DNA of 64,000 bases from Chara braunii (GCA_003427395.1 BFEA01000003.1:3940440-4004439); one strand, 5' to 3'. Numbered from the stretch's first letter, positions 13,099-24,490 are shown. A program made the numbers and translations. The notes: generated by a model not told the origin, from the sequence alone.

Positions 13099-13449
13099 AT
13101 GAGTTTGGAAGCCGTTCCAGAATGGATTAGCGTGTACACGTACAAGGGTGTGGACGTGTGGTGTTACACCTTTCGACTATGGACGGGTGATTTTGACGTG
13201 GGTGTCTACGGCGAAGAAGGGCTGGATCAAGGAGAGGATTTCCTTCATGGATGGGAGGAGGCGGTAGGCCACTCGCGCGGTGCAAGGGGGGAGTTGAGGG
13301 GTTACGGGTTTAAATACTTTTACTCTTTGGGTTACCGAACCTGCCCTAGAGGGGGGCGTCCGGCGCCGGTAGTTCCGGACGCTTATCTCGACGGATCGGA
13401 TGGGTTGAAGGTGCTAGTAGGGATCATAGAGAGATTGGCGGAGCGGTGA
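13099..13449 (+). CDS. accessory ORF H1 (family A), unknown function
   Basis: Intact 116-aa ATG ORF. Paralog of H2: DVWCYTFRLWT...EEG...WEEA.GH...YFYSLG.RT..RGGR..P.+PD.+LDGSDG. Confidence 0.75.
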   Translation: MSLEAVPEWISVYTYKGVDVWCYTFRLWTGDFDVGVYGEEGLDQGEDFLHGWEEAVGHSRGARGELRGYGFKYFYSLGYRTCPRGGRPAPVVPDAYLDGSDGLKVLVGIIERLAER

Positions 13450-13453
13450 CTCC

Positions 13454-13819
13454 ATGAGCTTGAGGGCTCTAGAGTTTGAACCTGCGGGGATTAGTGTAGG
13501 TGATCGAGGCGGAATAGACGTGTGCTGCTATACTTTTTATTGGTGGACTGACCATTTCGACATAGCCTTGTACGTAGAAGAAGGTGGGGATAGGGAGGCC
13601 GAATACTTGGATAGCTGGGAGGAAGCGGCCGGTCACGCGCAGCTCGAGAGGGAACTGCTAGGGGCTTGCAAGATACATTACTTCTACTCGTTGGGGTGTA
13701 GGACATATTCACGAGGGGGTAGGCATATTCCTACTATTCCGGACACCTTCCTAGACGGTTCGGACGGGTGGAGAGCGCTTGTTCAAATCATAGAGGAGAT
13801 AGTCCAAGGGGATGGTTAG
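13454..13819 (+). CDS. accessory ORF H2 (family A), unknown function
   Basis: Intact 121-aa ORF starting 4 nt after the H1 stop; aligns end-to-end with H1. Confidence 0.75.
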   Translation: MSLRALEFEPAGISVGDRGGIDVCCYTFYWWTDHFDIALYVEEGGDREAEYLDSWEEAAGHAQLERELLGACKIHYFYSLGCRTYSRGGRHIPTIPDTFLDGSDGWRALVQIIEEIVQGDG

Positions 13820-14553
13820 GATCGTAGAAGGCACTGAAGAAGAAGGGGTTCGAATAGAGAAAGCGGATTTAAGCAAGGAAAGGGAGTGCTTTAGTGTCCC
13901 TTTGGACCACTGCACTGAGAGATATGTGGCCGGACGCGAAAGAGGGTTAGAGCTAGAAAATGGGGTTTTTCTTTGGGCTCGGTTCGCGGTAGGCACTTGG
14001 GAAGGGGACAGGTGATCCCGGAATAGGCCCCAGTGCGGTAAGAGACCGAGACGAACGGTGGTCCGAGCAGAAGGGACTGTCTATCCAAGTAAGGAGGCCT
14101 GGGTGTATTACATCACCCACTTGGTCCTGGGTTGGTACCGTGCAGATCATTGGGAGGCTCGAGTGGGGCCAATTCTCAGGCAGATCTTTGAGGCGGAGTC
14201 CCTTCGACACCATCCACCCATTGAGGTGGGTAACTTACGCCCGAGACGAGGAATACCCTCGCGCCACAGGGTGCGTCCGGGCTATATTCCCATCTTTCGT
14301 TTTTCGGAGGATCGGCGGTAAGGAGGAGAGGTACGAGAGAGTTGTGTGATCCATAGTATGGGAAAGAGGGTGGCAGCTCTCTGCTAGGTCGCTCCATTGG
14401 TACTACACCTATTGCGTGGATAGCCCGGTACCATACGGGATCAAGGCCTGTAGGATTCGTGCGGGGATCTTTAGGGAATCAGCCCGGGACCGCGAGAGTG
14501 AAAGAGACTATGGATACCAAAGAGTCTTCGGGGTACCGCAGAGAATGTTCTAA
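13812..14553 (+). pseudogene. accessory ORF H3 (family B), interrupted
   Basis: ATG overlaps the H2 stop. Track ORFs 13812 and 14058 are in the same frame. After a frameshift it reads RSLHWYYTYCVDSPVP...GIFRE...YQRVFG, matching H4/H5, and ends TAA at 14551-14553. Confidence 0.65.
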
Positions 14554-14557
14554 ATGA

Positions 14558-15277
14558 ATGGTGTTCCATGATAGAGGGTAGAGACGCTTCTTAGAGTCCT
14601 CCTTAGAGGGCCATGAGACCCTTAGACTGATCCCTAGCAACGGGGAAGTCCCCGATTGGGAGAGGGTAGAAGGGGGAAGGTCCACGGTCAGTGGGGAATT
14701 CGTGTGGGTAGAGTCCAAAGAGGTCGAAAGTCGAGGGCTTGAGAGGAGTCTCGAAGTAACTGCGGTTATCTTCGTGGGCCCGGAGGCTTGGGCGAAGATT
14801 ATAGTACCCCTAGTTCTGGGACAAGGGGGTGGGCTGGATAGGTTGTTGCGGGAAGCAAGAGGAGTACGGGAGGAATGGATGAGTAGGGCTCGAGAGCGAT
14901 TTACGTTTGTGGCTATAGAGAAGGAGAGGTTCGCAGGGGATGGAGAGCTCCCTAGAGCATGCTATCCGTTGACCGTGAGGGTTCCATCCTTCTTGTTCCC
15001 GGGAGCAAACGAGGGAAAGATAGTAAGGTTTCTTGAGAGGGGTAGGTGTTTGGGACTACCCTTCAGGGCCCTGTGGACACTGTACACCCATTGCATCGAT
15101 CAGGGTGCCCCGCCACGTAGGAAGCTTTGGGGAATTTTTAGGAGATTGGGTTCTCTGGAAAAGCCCTGCGCTCTCTCTCCTGAAAATTATTGTCAGTGGG
15201 TCTTTAAGACCACGTTAGTAGATGGTGAGGTTCACACTCAGCGAGAACGGGGTGATACAGTCGACAGAGGCCGGTGA
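14558..15277 (+). pseudogene. accessory ORF H4 (family B)
   Basis: ATG 14558 is in frame with ORF 14702-15277, with one TAG at codon 8. Motifs: VWVES...LEVTAVIFVGPEAW...LVLG...LWTLYTHCIDQGAPPR. Confidence 0.7.
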
Positions 15278-15950
15278 CGCCGAGAAGGTTTGGGTTCCAG
15301 GGGACCCAAGAGTGACGCCCTACTGGATGAGTGTGGAGAAGGGGGAGGTCATTCGGGAAGGTGCGTACGTGTGGGTCAGGGCTCGCCAGCTCACCTGGAA
15401 GGAAGGGGTGCAGAGAGGGGGCCCGCCTGACCTTGGCCGATTCTTAGAGATTCGGGCTACGATCTTCCTCGGCGAGGAGGCGTGGACCGAAGTTTGGAGG
15501 GGCTTGGTAACCGGGCAACTAACGCATTTTGCGTACCGAGAGTCCGTGAGGTTAGTGGCAAACAACCTAGTGTTGGCTGACAACGAAGAAGGGACTTTCG
15601 AGTCTTGGACACTAGTGTCCTTCGCTGAGCCCGGTGAGGTCCCGCGTGCGTCAGAGATCCTTCACGCAAACTTTTCCAAATTCTTGACAGACTCATTTTT
15701 TAGAGACCCAAAGGCGCGGGTAGTGGAAGTGCTTAGGGCGGCTCGGGAGTCCGGGGTGCGGGCTAGGGGTTTGTATTGGTTCTACACACGGTGCGTGGAC
15801 GCGGGGGTGCCCCCAAGAGGGGAGTTGTCGGCTATATTCGAGAGGCTTAGAGAATTCGAAGGAATTAGGGCACACGTGGCTGACATCCCGTACGCCCGCC
15901 TATTCGGGGAAGAACAAGTGGCCAACCGAAAGGGTTTTGAGGGTCGATGA
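15222..15950 (+). CDS. accessory ORF H5 (family B), intact 242 aa
   Basis: VWVRA...LEIRATIFLGEEAW...LVTG...LYWFYTRCVDAGVPPRGELSAIFERL; paralog of H3/H4. Confidence 0.75.
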   Translation: MVRFTLSENGVIQSTEAGDAEKVWVPGDPRVTPYWMSVEKGEVIREGAYVWVRARQLTWKEGVQRGGPPDLGRFLEIRATIFLGEEAWTEVWRGLVTGQLTHFAYRESVRLVANNLVLADNEEGTFESWTLVSFAEPGEVPRASEILHANFSKFLTDSFFRDPKARVVEVLRAARESGVRARGLYWFYTRCVDAGVPPRGELSAIFERLREFEGIRAHVADIPYARLFGEEQVANRKGFEGR

Positions 15951-15963
15951 TAAGGAGGGTACC

Positions 15964-16699
15964 ATGATCTCTCTGGGCCTCGATAGCCCCCATAGAGGAT
16001 ACCGGGGAAATTGTCCAAGTCACCCTACCTAGAGCCAGGTTGGAAACGCAGACAAGGATTCTCTTAAGAGAAGAGGGGCAGATCCGCCGCAGGAGGGCTT
16101 TCGTACGTTTTGCGGTGAGTAGTGAGGGAGGAATAGTGATCGGGAAGGCCCAAATATTCCTCTCTAAGGAAGGGTACATAGAGATAGCATGTTGCCTGCA
16201 GACTTGGGAAGACCCTCTCTCGGACTCACGAGCTGTGAGGGGCCAGCTAGAGGAACTCGTGAGGGACGTGAGGCCTCACGAAGAGGGGCTAGTAGAATAC
16301 CGAGTGACCTACGGAGGGTGGGAGGAGATCCCACGATTCACCTCCAATGAGCCAGTGGGGGTCCCTCGTTTCATCTTCAAGCGGATCTATCCCTCCGAAG
16401 ACGTCGTAAGGGAGATAGGAAGGAGGGTGTCGATTCTAAGCTAGTTCCGGTTTACGGGGTCGGACCTGCACACCTTGCTGATGTGGTGCTTTCGGGATCC
16501 CTACAGGGATGATTGGTCGACTCTAGAAGACCTAGGGTATGCCTTTGAAGGCTGGGGCCGGGACGCGAGGGAAGCTAAGATATCGTGGAGGTACTTAGGA
16601 AGGCTCTGCGAAGGGGAGTTGGAGGGGTTAGACCCGTCGGCTCTCATTCGAGTCGCGATTGCCTGCCGCCGACGAAAGCTAGGGGATGACCGAGCCTGA
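15964..16699 (+). pseudogene. accessory ORF H6 (family C)
   Basis: ATG 15964, an early frameshift, then ORFs 16040-16444 and 16475-16699 in one frame. VRFAVSSEGG...KAQIFLS...EDPL matches H9. Confidence 0.65.
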
Positions 16700-16871
16700 C
16701 CTTGGCGAGCTCGTAGGGTTGGAGAGAGTAAGAGAAGAAATCCTTCGGATCCTCACTCTATGTTGGGAGGAAGAGAGAAGGGCTAGGCCTGGGTCCTTGG
16801 CTAGGATCAAGCTACTGGAGACGACTACGATTGCTATCATCGACGAGTTAAATATAGATCTTCTCGCGTAG
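16686..16871 (+). CDS. accessory ORF H7, 61 aa
   Basis: ATG overlaps the H6 stop and the ORF exactly fills the space before H8. Confidence 0.5.
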   Translation: MTEPDLGELVGLERVREEILRILTLCWEEERRARPGSLARIKLLETTTIAIIDELNIDLLA

Positions 16872-16880
16872 TAAGAGGTT

Positions 16881-17357
16881 ATGAGAGCTTCATTCTTCTC
16901 CGATAGGATTCGTTGGGAATTAGAGACCTGCGAGGAGGGTAGCGAAGTCAGGGTTGAGGGGAGTGCGGAACTTAACCCGGATCTGGGAGAGGGTCGAGTG
17001 ATCCGTGCCGAAAAGGAATTTCAAGTGGAAGTCTGACGGCTGGCCTTGTGGAAAAGGAGGAGCTGGACCACACTAGCTAGCTTTTCAGTCCGCATTCGAG
17101 GCATTAGTGGGGAGAGATTCCGGAGGACTTGGAGGGAGCCACTGCTGGAAGTGGAGAGAAGGTTCGAAGAGAACACCAGATATCTAGGCACCCTGCTAGC
17201 TTCTAGGATACACCTTGTGGAGACCCGATTCTGGGATAGGACGGGAGAATACGAGGAGGTTTTGCACCAAGTATTGCGCGAAGGAGGAGAAATCTAACAA
17301 ACTAGGTGTGAGGACTCGCTGGTAGAGGTTTCCGCAAGGTTGGCCGACGTGAGGTAA
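16881..17357 (+). pseudogene. accessory ORF H8
   Basis: ATG 16881 is in frame with ORF 17046-17297, with internal stops. It ends TAA at 17355-17357, 8 nt before the next ATG. Confidence 0.5.
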
Positions 17358-17365
17358 GGCTTCAG

Positions 17366-19658
17366 ATGATTAGGTACGACAGGGGGGACCCTATTGGTAC
17401 CATAGAAAGGGCTTGGAAATCGGGAGGAAGGTATGGAGTGACTCTCCCAAAAATTAGAGGGGAAGGAGAAGTGTCTACCGAGTTTTTCGAAATCTACGGG
17501 CAGGAGACTGTGGTCAGGTTCTCAGTAGTGTCTGAGGGAGGCAACTGCACTAGAAAGGCTGAGATCTTTTTGTCCCCCGACGATCGGCTAATCTTCGCGA
17601 CTGGATTAGCAGAAGGAAAGGATCCCCTAGGGATCGCCCGAAGAGCCCTAGATCGGTTGAGGAGATGAAGAGGGGGTAGTACCGGGAAGCGCGTGATTGA
17701 TAGAGCAGAGTACTGAGGGAGGTCAAAAGTTCCAAGGGCAGCTCACGGGAGAACTTGGGAGGTCCCAACCTGGGCCTACCGGCTACTCTACGTTGACGAC
17801 GCGACCGTAAGGAGAGTCAGGATTAGGGGACAACTGATTGAAAAGTTCCCGTTGGGCGAAGAAGGGGGACACGAGTTGTTCCCCCGGTGCTGGGAATCAC
17901 GAGAGGATACTGACTTTGAGTGGTCGGCTCTCGTGGGGGAATTCATAAAACCCCTATTTCGAGGAGAACCCGGAGAGGTGGATAGAGCATTGATCCAAAG
18001 GTGCGCTCAGGAAGGGATAAGGGAGATCTTCGACCTAGAAATAGCTAACCTAGCCTTGGTCGCTTGTGAAGAAAAGCGCGTGAGAGACTCTTGGTGGACA
18101 GTAACTAGCGAGGAGTCGGAGGAAGATAGTGCTAGCGAGAAATCGAGTGAGGAGAAGGAGGACTCAGAGGAGGGAGACGACTCGGAAGATAGCACAGACA
18201 ATAGAGAGGGAGACGATTCGGAAGATAACACAGACAATAGTGAGGGAGGCGACGAGAGATTACCGATAGGGTGCATGCAAAGTGAAGTGGAGGCTGGTTT
18301 CTCTCGTCCGCTGGAAACCGCTGAAAGAAGGGAGGTAGTAAAGGGCCCCGAGTTGGGGGCTAGGCTAAGTAGGGTAGTGGAAGAAATGACAGAAGGGATC
18401 GAATCAATGGGTAGGGCCGAGAGGGGCCCGGAAACGGCTCTAGGAGAAAGACAGGCCCCGGAGGGGCCGAGACCTAGCACGGAGGTACGGATGCACAGGG
18501 ATGTGGGGCTGCGGGCGTCGGTAAGCGAAGGGATCGCCGAAGCCTCGAGGGGCGTTCCAGTAGAGTCCCGGTGGGCGGACCTGGTGGACACGGAAGCAAG
18601 GATAGGGGAAGCTCCCGAATTTCCTTGAGGCAGGCCGGGGTATCGACCACCTAGGGGAGATGAAGAAGACGGTCCGGATAGTGGGGACTTAAGAGAAGGG
18701 AGGTCGGCGGAGGCCGGCGGCAGGCCACGAAGATGGGTCGAAAGGAACCCGGAGATCCTTTCCGGTGAAAGACAAGTTTCGGCGGAACAAAGAGTTAGCG
18801 TGGAGATGCGAATGCCAGTGAGAGAGGGGGCGGTCGAGGCCTCGAGGGGACTTCCTATAGAGTCTCGGTGGGCGGATCTGCCGGACGCAAGAATGGGAGA
18901 AGCACTAGAGTTTCCGAGGGATAGGGTAGGGTACAGGCCACCCAGGAGGGAAGAGGAAGGAGGACCGAATAAAAGGGACCTTAGAGACGAGAGGTCGGCA
19001 GAGGCTGGCGGTAGGCCACGGAGATGGGTCGAGAGGGAATTAGACACTGCATGGGTTCTCGAGGAAGCAACGGGGAGGAGTCAAGGGGTAGATGCCTGGA
19101 GAAGCTTTAGGGGGCAAGACCATGCTCAGTGGGAGACGGAGTGGTCGAATGAGAGAGGTCGCTACGGAAGATCCCTGGGGACCACCAAGACCCCGGCCGC
19201 GGGTTGAGGAGTCGGACCCCTCGTGGTACAAGCCGTACGATCCGGTAATTGACGGACCCATGGAAGGACCCTATTTTCATCGGTACGATGATCGAAGAGT
19301 TCCCTACTACGATGTCAATCTGAACCTAGAGGCGCTTTTCTTTGATGGGCGTGATGTAACCGGGTTCGTCGAAAAATGGAAGAGTTATGCTTACCGTAAG
19401 AAGTTCTCCGAAAAAGAATGGATAGACCATTTCATCCAGCACTCGGACCCGGAATTAGACCCTGCAATAAGGGCTATCTACCTGGCGGATGGTCGGTGGA
19501 GGACATTCAAAAGAGGTCTTCTACGGACCTTTGCGTGTGATGACTTAATCCCCACCATAGACGGCTTGCGTCGTGTCACAAGGGGGGATCGGGAAAGTTT
19601 GGTGGCCTTCACCCGAAGGTTTAAACGCTTGTCTCAAGCCCTGGTGGATAGAGGGATG
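17366..19658 (+). pseudogene. gag: family-C domain (H9) + acidic linker + duplicated ~100-aa repeat + gag N-terminal/capsid region, truncated by nested element
   Basis: ORFs 17366, 17852 and 18800 share one frame; then a frameshift leads to FDGRDVTGFVEKWKSYA...WIDHF...ESLVAFTRRFKRL, homologous to nested gag FKGCGITEYIEKWELHA...ESVRVFGKRFRKV. Confidence 0.75.
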
Positions 19659-20408
19659 AACACAGTCAAATTTCGGCCTTGACAACCCCGCAGTATTCTC
19701 CTCGGATCAAGAACATCGAACCTGCCCTCGGAGAAGGGGCAAATACATCCTCGGCCCGTCTGTACTTCTCCAGATTATTAAGAACGAAACTGTTGCATAG
19801 TGGTGAAGCGAAAGAGAGAACCGTGAGGGAGGGAGAAAAAAAACAGAGAGATAGAGAGAGGTACAAATAGAGAGGGAAAAAGGAAACGATGATTAAATAG
19901 AAAAGGAAAGAGACAACAGAAAAAGAGAGAGAAAGAGTACATCGAGAGAAAGAGAGAGAGAGGGGCGGCATATCATAAATAAAGTTGACAGAGAAAACTC
20001 CTTGTTGTGGATCTCTCTGAATTGCGAGTTGACTGTTGGAACTCACTGTAAGGTGAACTTGTGGAACCTCTTGCTGACTGCAAAAACTCGTTGTTGTGCA
20101 AACTCGTCGCATTACTATTTGATTACTGAAACTCGTTGCTGATTGAAACTTGTCGTTTTATCAGTTCACTGTCGAAACTCTGGGTTGCACGAATTTGCAG
20201 CACTATCTGTTGACTGTTGAAACTCTTTGTCGCAGGAAGTCGCTAAATTACAAAAAGAAAGAAAAGAAAAATAGGTAGCGTGGCGGTACGCCTTCAACCT
20301 TGGCCGCTGCTGGTCGCCGAGGACCTCGGAAGTGGGCGAGGCGAGTCACAGGCGTCGTGGCCCCTGGCCTCAACGAACAGTAGGTGCCCCTCCCCGGGTT
20401 TCCTCACA
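19659..20408 (+). repeat. 3' remnant of nested 5' LTR
   Basis: About 750 bp, highly similar to 38483-39230, joined directly to host gag with no TG start. Confidence 0.9.
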
Positions 20409-20412
20409 ACTT

Positions 20413-20430
20413 TGGAGCCGTTGCCAGGGA
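20413..20430 (+). promoter_or_regulatory. primer binding site, tRNA-Asp type (2 mismatches)
   Basis: TGGAGCCGTTGCCAGGGA, 4 nt after the LTR end ...CCTCACA. Confidence 0.85.
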
Positions 20431-22333
20431 GGGGAACAGCACCCCCAAGGCCTTGGCCTTCCCCAATCAAACGGGGGTGCGCTGTCTGATTAAGCCAGGT
20501 GGTAGCTAGCTTAATTAGTTTGATTAGTAGATTTTTCTAAATTAGTTTTTTTTAAATATTTTCTGATCCGCACGTTTTCGCGTAAACTTCGCAGGGAGCA
20601 AAGTTCATCCTCTCAACGAGGCGAGCATTTTGGTATGTTTTTTGAAAAATTCTAACGGTGAAAAACAGAGATATTGATTTCTTTTGTGTCTTTCTAATTT
20701 TAATTTTGGAAATAACAAATTTTGGTTTTTATTATTTTTTTGCAGATAGAAGCAAAACCTGGCCTACCCTTCCCAGACCAAAGTTGGTCCTTATATTTTT
20801 CCCGACATTTTGGGACATTGGTCGGGAAAAACGGACGCTGTTTGAATTAACAGCGAGAACGAACAGATAAGAAAAGAAAATATAAATGAAAGGATTATTT
20901 GAGTTTTTAATTTTTTTGAAATTTCATTTAAAATTAAATCAAAAAAAAATAAACAAAAGTAATCCGATAGGATTACTCTTTGAACTTATAAGAATACAGA
21001 AAAAAAAATTCTACTATAATCAAGGGTTTGTGGTGAGCGCGTGAGCGCGCGCAAGAACCCAAGACCCTAATTAGAGAAACCCTAGTGAGGCGAAACCCTA
21101 ATTAGGGGCTTAGGGATCACTTACAAACCCGAAAATTATAGTCAAAGGATATAAGTGCGGAAACCGAAAATCTTGCATCTCTCCAAAATTTTGAATATTT
21201 TATTGATAAAAATTAGTTAAAACTGATAAAAATAGTTATTTTTCTCTTATAAATTGTCTGTAATTATTTTCGCAGCATTCTCGGACAGCGGATTTGGGGA
21301 CAATTGTCTCGAACCCCATCCCCACGGGGGAAGGGAAATTGCTATCAAAAATTTCCACTTTTCTATTTTTCTTGAATTATTCTCGATTTAATTATTAAAA
21401 ATCTTTAAAAATCCAGCAAAAATCTGAAAATTATTTTAGGAATATTACTTATATTTTATTTCACCAGTGGTGACTTCGTAGGCCTTCGGCCGAGCCCGAT
21501 CCCAACGGGGGGAGGCGAAGCGCTGCCAAAATTTTTGGAAAATTATAACAATTCATTTGGTTCTCAAGAAATCATTAGATTTTGCACAGAGATACATATA
21601 GAGGATACTAATATATGTAATACAAGACAGGGAATATATCTTGGTGGAATATAATTTATCTGAATTAAAAATAGGAAAATAGGGGAAAATTCCCTAACTA
21701 AGGTAAGAAAAGGGGAATTGAAGTGACGAAAGGCCCAGTTCGTTCCATGACCTCTTCTTGAGGGGTAGCTACCATCACGAAGATTTTCCGATAATTAAAA
21801 TTATTTAGATATAAATTAAAATAAATAGTAAGGCACTGCTGGGAGAAGAAATGTACTTGCCAACACATTTTCTAGGGGTAACCTAGCGTACTCCTAGATC
21901 TTGGAGTAGGGCCAGTGAGTTCCTCAAGGTTAAAAGTAATTTTAAAGTAATTAAAATTATTAAAATCCCGTAAAAATATAAAAGTGGCAAAACAAATAAA
22001 AGAAAAAGGGCTAAAGGTTTAAAAATTTGCTACTTAATTAGGAGGTGACCTCCGTACCACAAAGGGTCGGCCAGAGGTGCCGCAGACTGGGTTCCCTCGA
22101 ATAGAGCACACGCTTTATATTCGAGGGAACTCGGATATCGAACTTTTTGAGGCCATTCGGGGCCGGTTTTTGGTTCCATTGTGTCTTTGGACATTCTAGG
22201 GAAAGGTTAGGGCCGTATTGGCAGCGTTTAATCGGGGCTCCCAACGAAGGGAGGCGAAGCGCAGCCGAATTTTTTAAGGATTTTGTGTCATTTCTCGCTC
22301 ATTAGCTGCCTAACCTTTCGAGTATTCAGTCGG

Positions 22334-23350
22334 ATGTGGCCCCCAGCGCCGATAGAGATCTACGAGGCTACCCGCGCTTGGGACATAGAGCCTCCGGAGC
22401 TCATAGAGGGAGACTTAGTCGAGTTCACAATCCCTGACAGAGCTACCGATCGTATTGACGGACAGTTTGGGTGGAGATCCGTCGTCCTATCGCCTAACAC
22501 GTGGCTTTGGACACATAGGGAGGTCAGGCCAGGACAGGAGAGGGGCCTTGTGAGAGGCTACCTGTACCTAGGACCGCACGTGGCCAAGGAGGCCGCTCTG
22601 AGTTTGGTGACCACGGGCGAGAGTGACGCGATCGGCGTAGCCCTACGGTGCCTGCGGGACAAGGTCACCACGTTTCGGGCTGACGACGCGCACGACGCTT
22701 TGACATTATGCCATGGACGGCTTCCCCTCAGTATTGGTAGCGAGTTGGTGATAGCTCGGGACTGATCTTTCCCGTATGGCACCACGTGTCTGAGGGCGGT
22801 GATCCCCGGTTTCATCGTAGACTCCGTCTTTGGGGGTATAGGTGGGTTAGTCGAGGCCTACTTGGCATTCCGAGATCTGGAGACCCTCGCCAAGGGGTAT
22901 AGGGACCTAGACTACCTGTACTACTCCCTTGTGATTGGAGGACTTCATTGGGGAGACGGGAGGGTTCAGCTTGTTGAGCTGATTCGCTCGGTAGACGACG
23001 AGTGGCCCCAGGCTTTGTGCGTTTGGGATTGGCTGGACCGCGAGCTCCGAGCGGGTCCTGAGTACGTGACCTGCATCGGGAGGCTTTTCTCTGACGATTG
23101 GGGTGGCTGGTGGAGCGAGGACGCTGGACAGCCTCTGATGTACAGCCACCATCTGACACGGTACTATCAGGTTCTAGGCCAGGCCCCATATCGCGTCGAG
23201 GACGAGTTCGACGACGAGGGGTGGGAGCGTGAGGACGACGAGGAGGCCTGGGAGCCAGACTGGATTGATTCGGAGAGTGAGACCGACGAGGAGGAGATCG
23301 ATACCACCGACGCCCACTTCCCGAGGATAGGGGTCGCCGTCCGGACCTAG
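22334..23350 (+). pseudogene. accessory ORF N1 (family B-like) with acidic tail
   Basis: ORFs 22283-22765 and 22799-23350 are in the same frame, separated by one TGA. Motifs: EFTIP..WRS...WLWT...YLYLGP...LVTTG...IPGFIVDSVFGG...QLVELIR. Confidence 0.7.
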
Positions 23351-23429
23351 GAGGCAGACACGGACGAGACGTGAGTGGTGACTGAGAGGATGTCGTGATT
23401 GGTGTCGACAGGTAGCAGCAAGCGGTTCG

Positions 23430-24310
23430 ATGGTAGAGCAGGCTGATAGGGTAGAGCTCGAGATCGGCAGTGCCAGATGGCCTAAACCTCCTGAGGTAGT
23501 GGAGCCTGACGTGCTGGAGTTTGATTTGCCGGTTAGGAGCGTAGCTGAGTCCGGGCTTCACTCCGCCTGGAGATCGACGCGATTTGGACCAGATGTGCAC
23601 TTGTGGTCATATGCGATTGAGACGTATCAGCCAGATGCTCAGCGTTGGCGAGCGCCGGGGACAACGATCCTCGAGGTTATAGGGCATATCCATTACTCTC
23701 GCTCAATGAGAGCCACGATTTTCTTTGAGGGTCTGGTGCATGGGTTCTGGTGCTGTGAGCAGGAGGCTAGAGCGATTCTATCTGAACAGGCGGATAACAT
23801 CCGGGCTGCTAGTGAGGTTTTTCACGACCCGATTAGGAAGGTGAGGATGACCCTCCGGATAGGGGGGGCTTTTGCTTTTCCCTCGGTGTGACTGCGAGTG
23901 AGACTTCCTTAGTTCGTAGTGGAGGAGCTCTGGGGACTGACTCACATTGCCAAGACTTAGACAGACTGAGGAGGGGCTTGGCAGATCGCGATTGGATCTC
24001 GTACGCTCAATTCATTGGGGGACCGTTCACAGGCGAGAGAGGTATTCAGCTCGTAGAGTTTATACGAGCGCTAGCGCCTTCTGGAGAGCAGGATTCCTCG
24101 TACACATATCAGCCCTTGGAGTTCTGGCTAGCTTTAGAGAGAGAGGCCCTGAGACCGGTTGAGTATCTGGAGGGTCTAGGCGCATTACTGAGTGAGACGC
24201 GCGAGGACAGGCTTGCTCCCCTTATTCCGTCTTGGGAGATAGAGGCACATTATCAGCAGGGACACCCAGAGGGAGTGGATCTTGGGTGGTACGCCGAGGA
24301 TAGAGAGTGA
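23430..24310 (+). pseudogene. accessory ORF N2 (family B-like)
   Basis: EFDLPVR..WRS...HLWSY, a frameshift near 23890, then IGG..GERGIQLVEFIR...LERE...EY, aligning with N1. An acidic tail continues in frame to ~24490. Confidence 0.7.
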
Positions 24311-24490
24311 GAGACCGCAAGTGATATAGAGCCTTGGGGAGAGCAGGACCAGGGCTGGGGAGACCTGGTGATAGAGGATCGCCAGGAGCCGGTAGGAGAG
24401 GTAGCACCGCAGGAGGACGGCTGGGGGCATCTAGCTCAGGCCGAGGGACTGGAGGCCATCCCTTGGGGACGAGGGGATGAGGACGAGGAT

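Noticed and set aside
15951-15958. Perfect Shine-Dalgarno-like TAAGGAGG 5 nt before the H6 ATG, suggesting a bacterial or phage origin of the array
   Set aside because: Only one clean case on a strongly G/A-rich strand where such words arise by chance; other junctions lack consistent spacing.
18007-19047. 346-aa minus-strand ORF (and other antisense ORFs over the arrays and pol)
   Set aside because: S/P/L-rich shadow of the purine-rich sense coding strand and its repeats.
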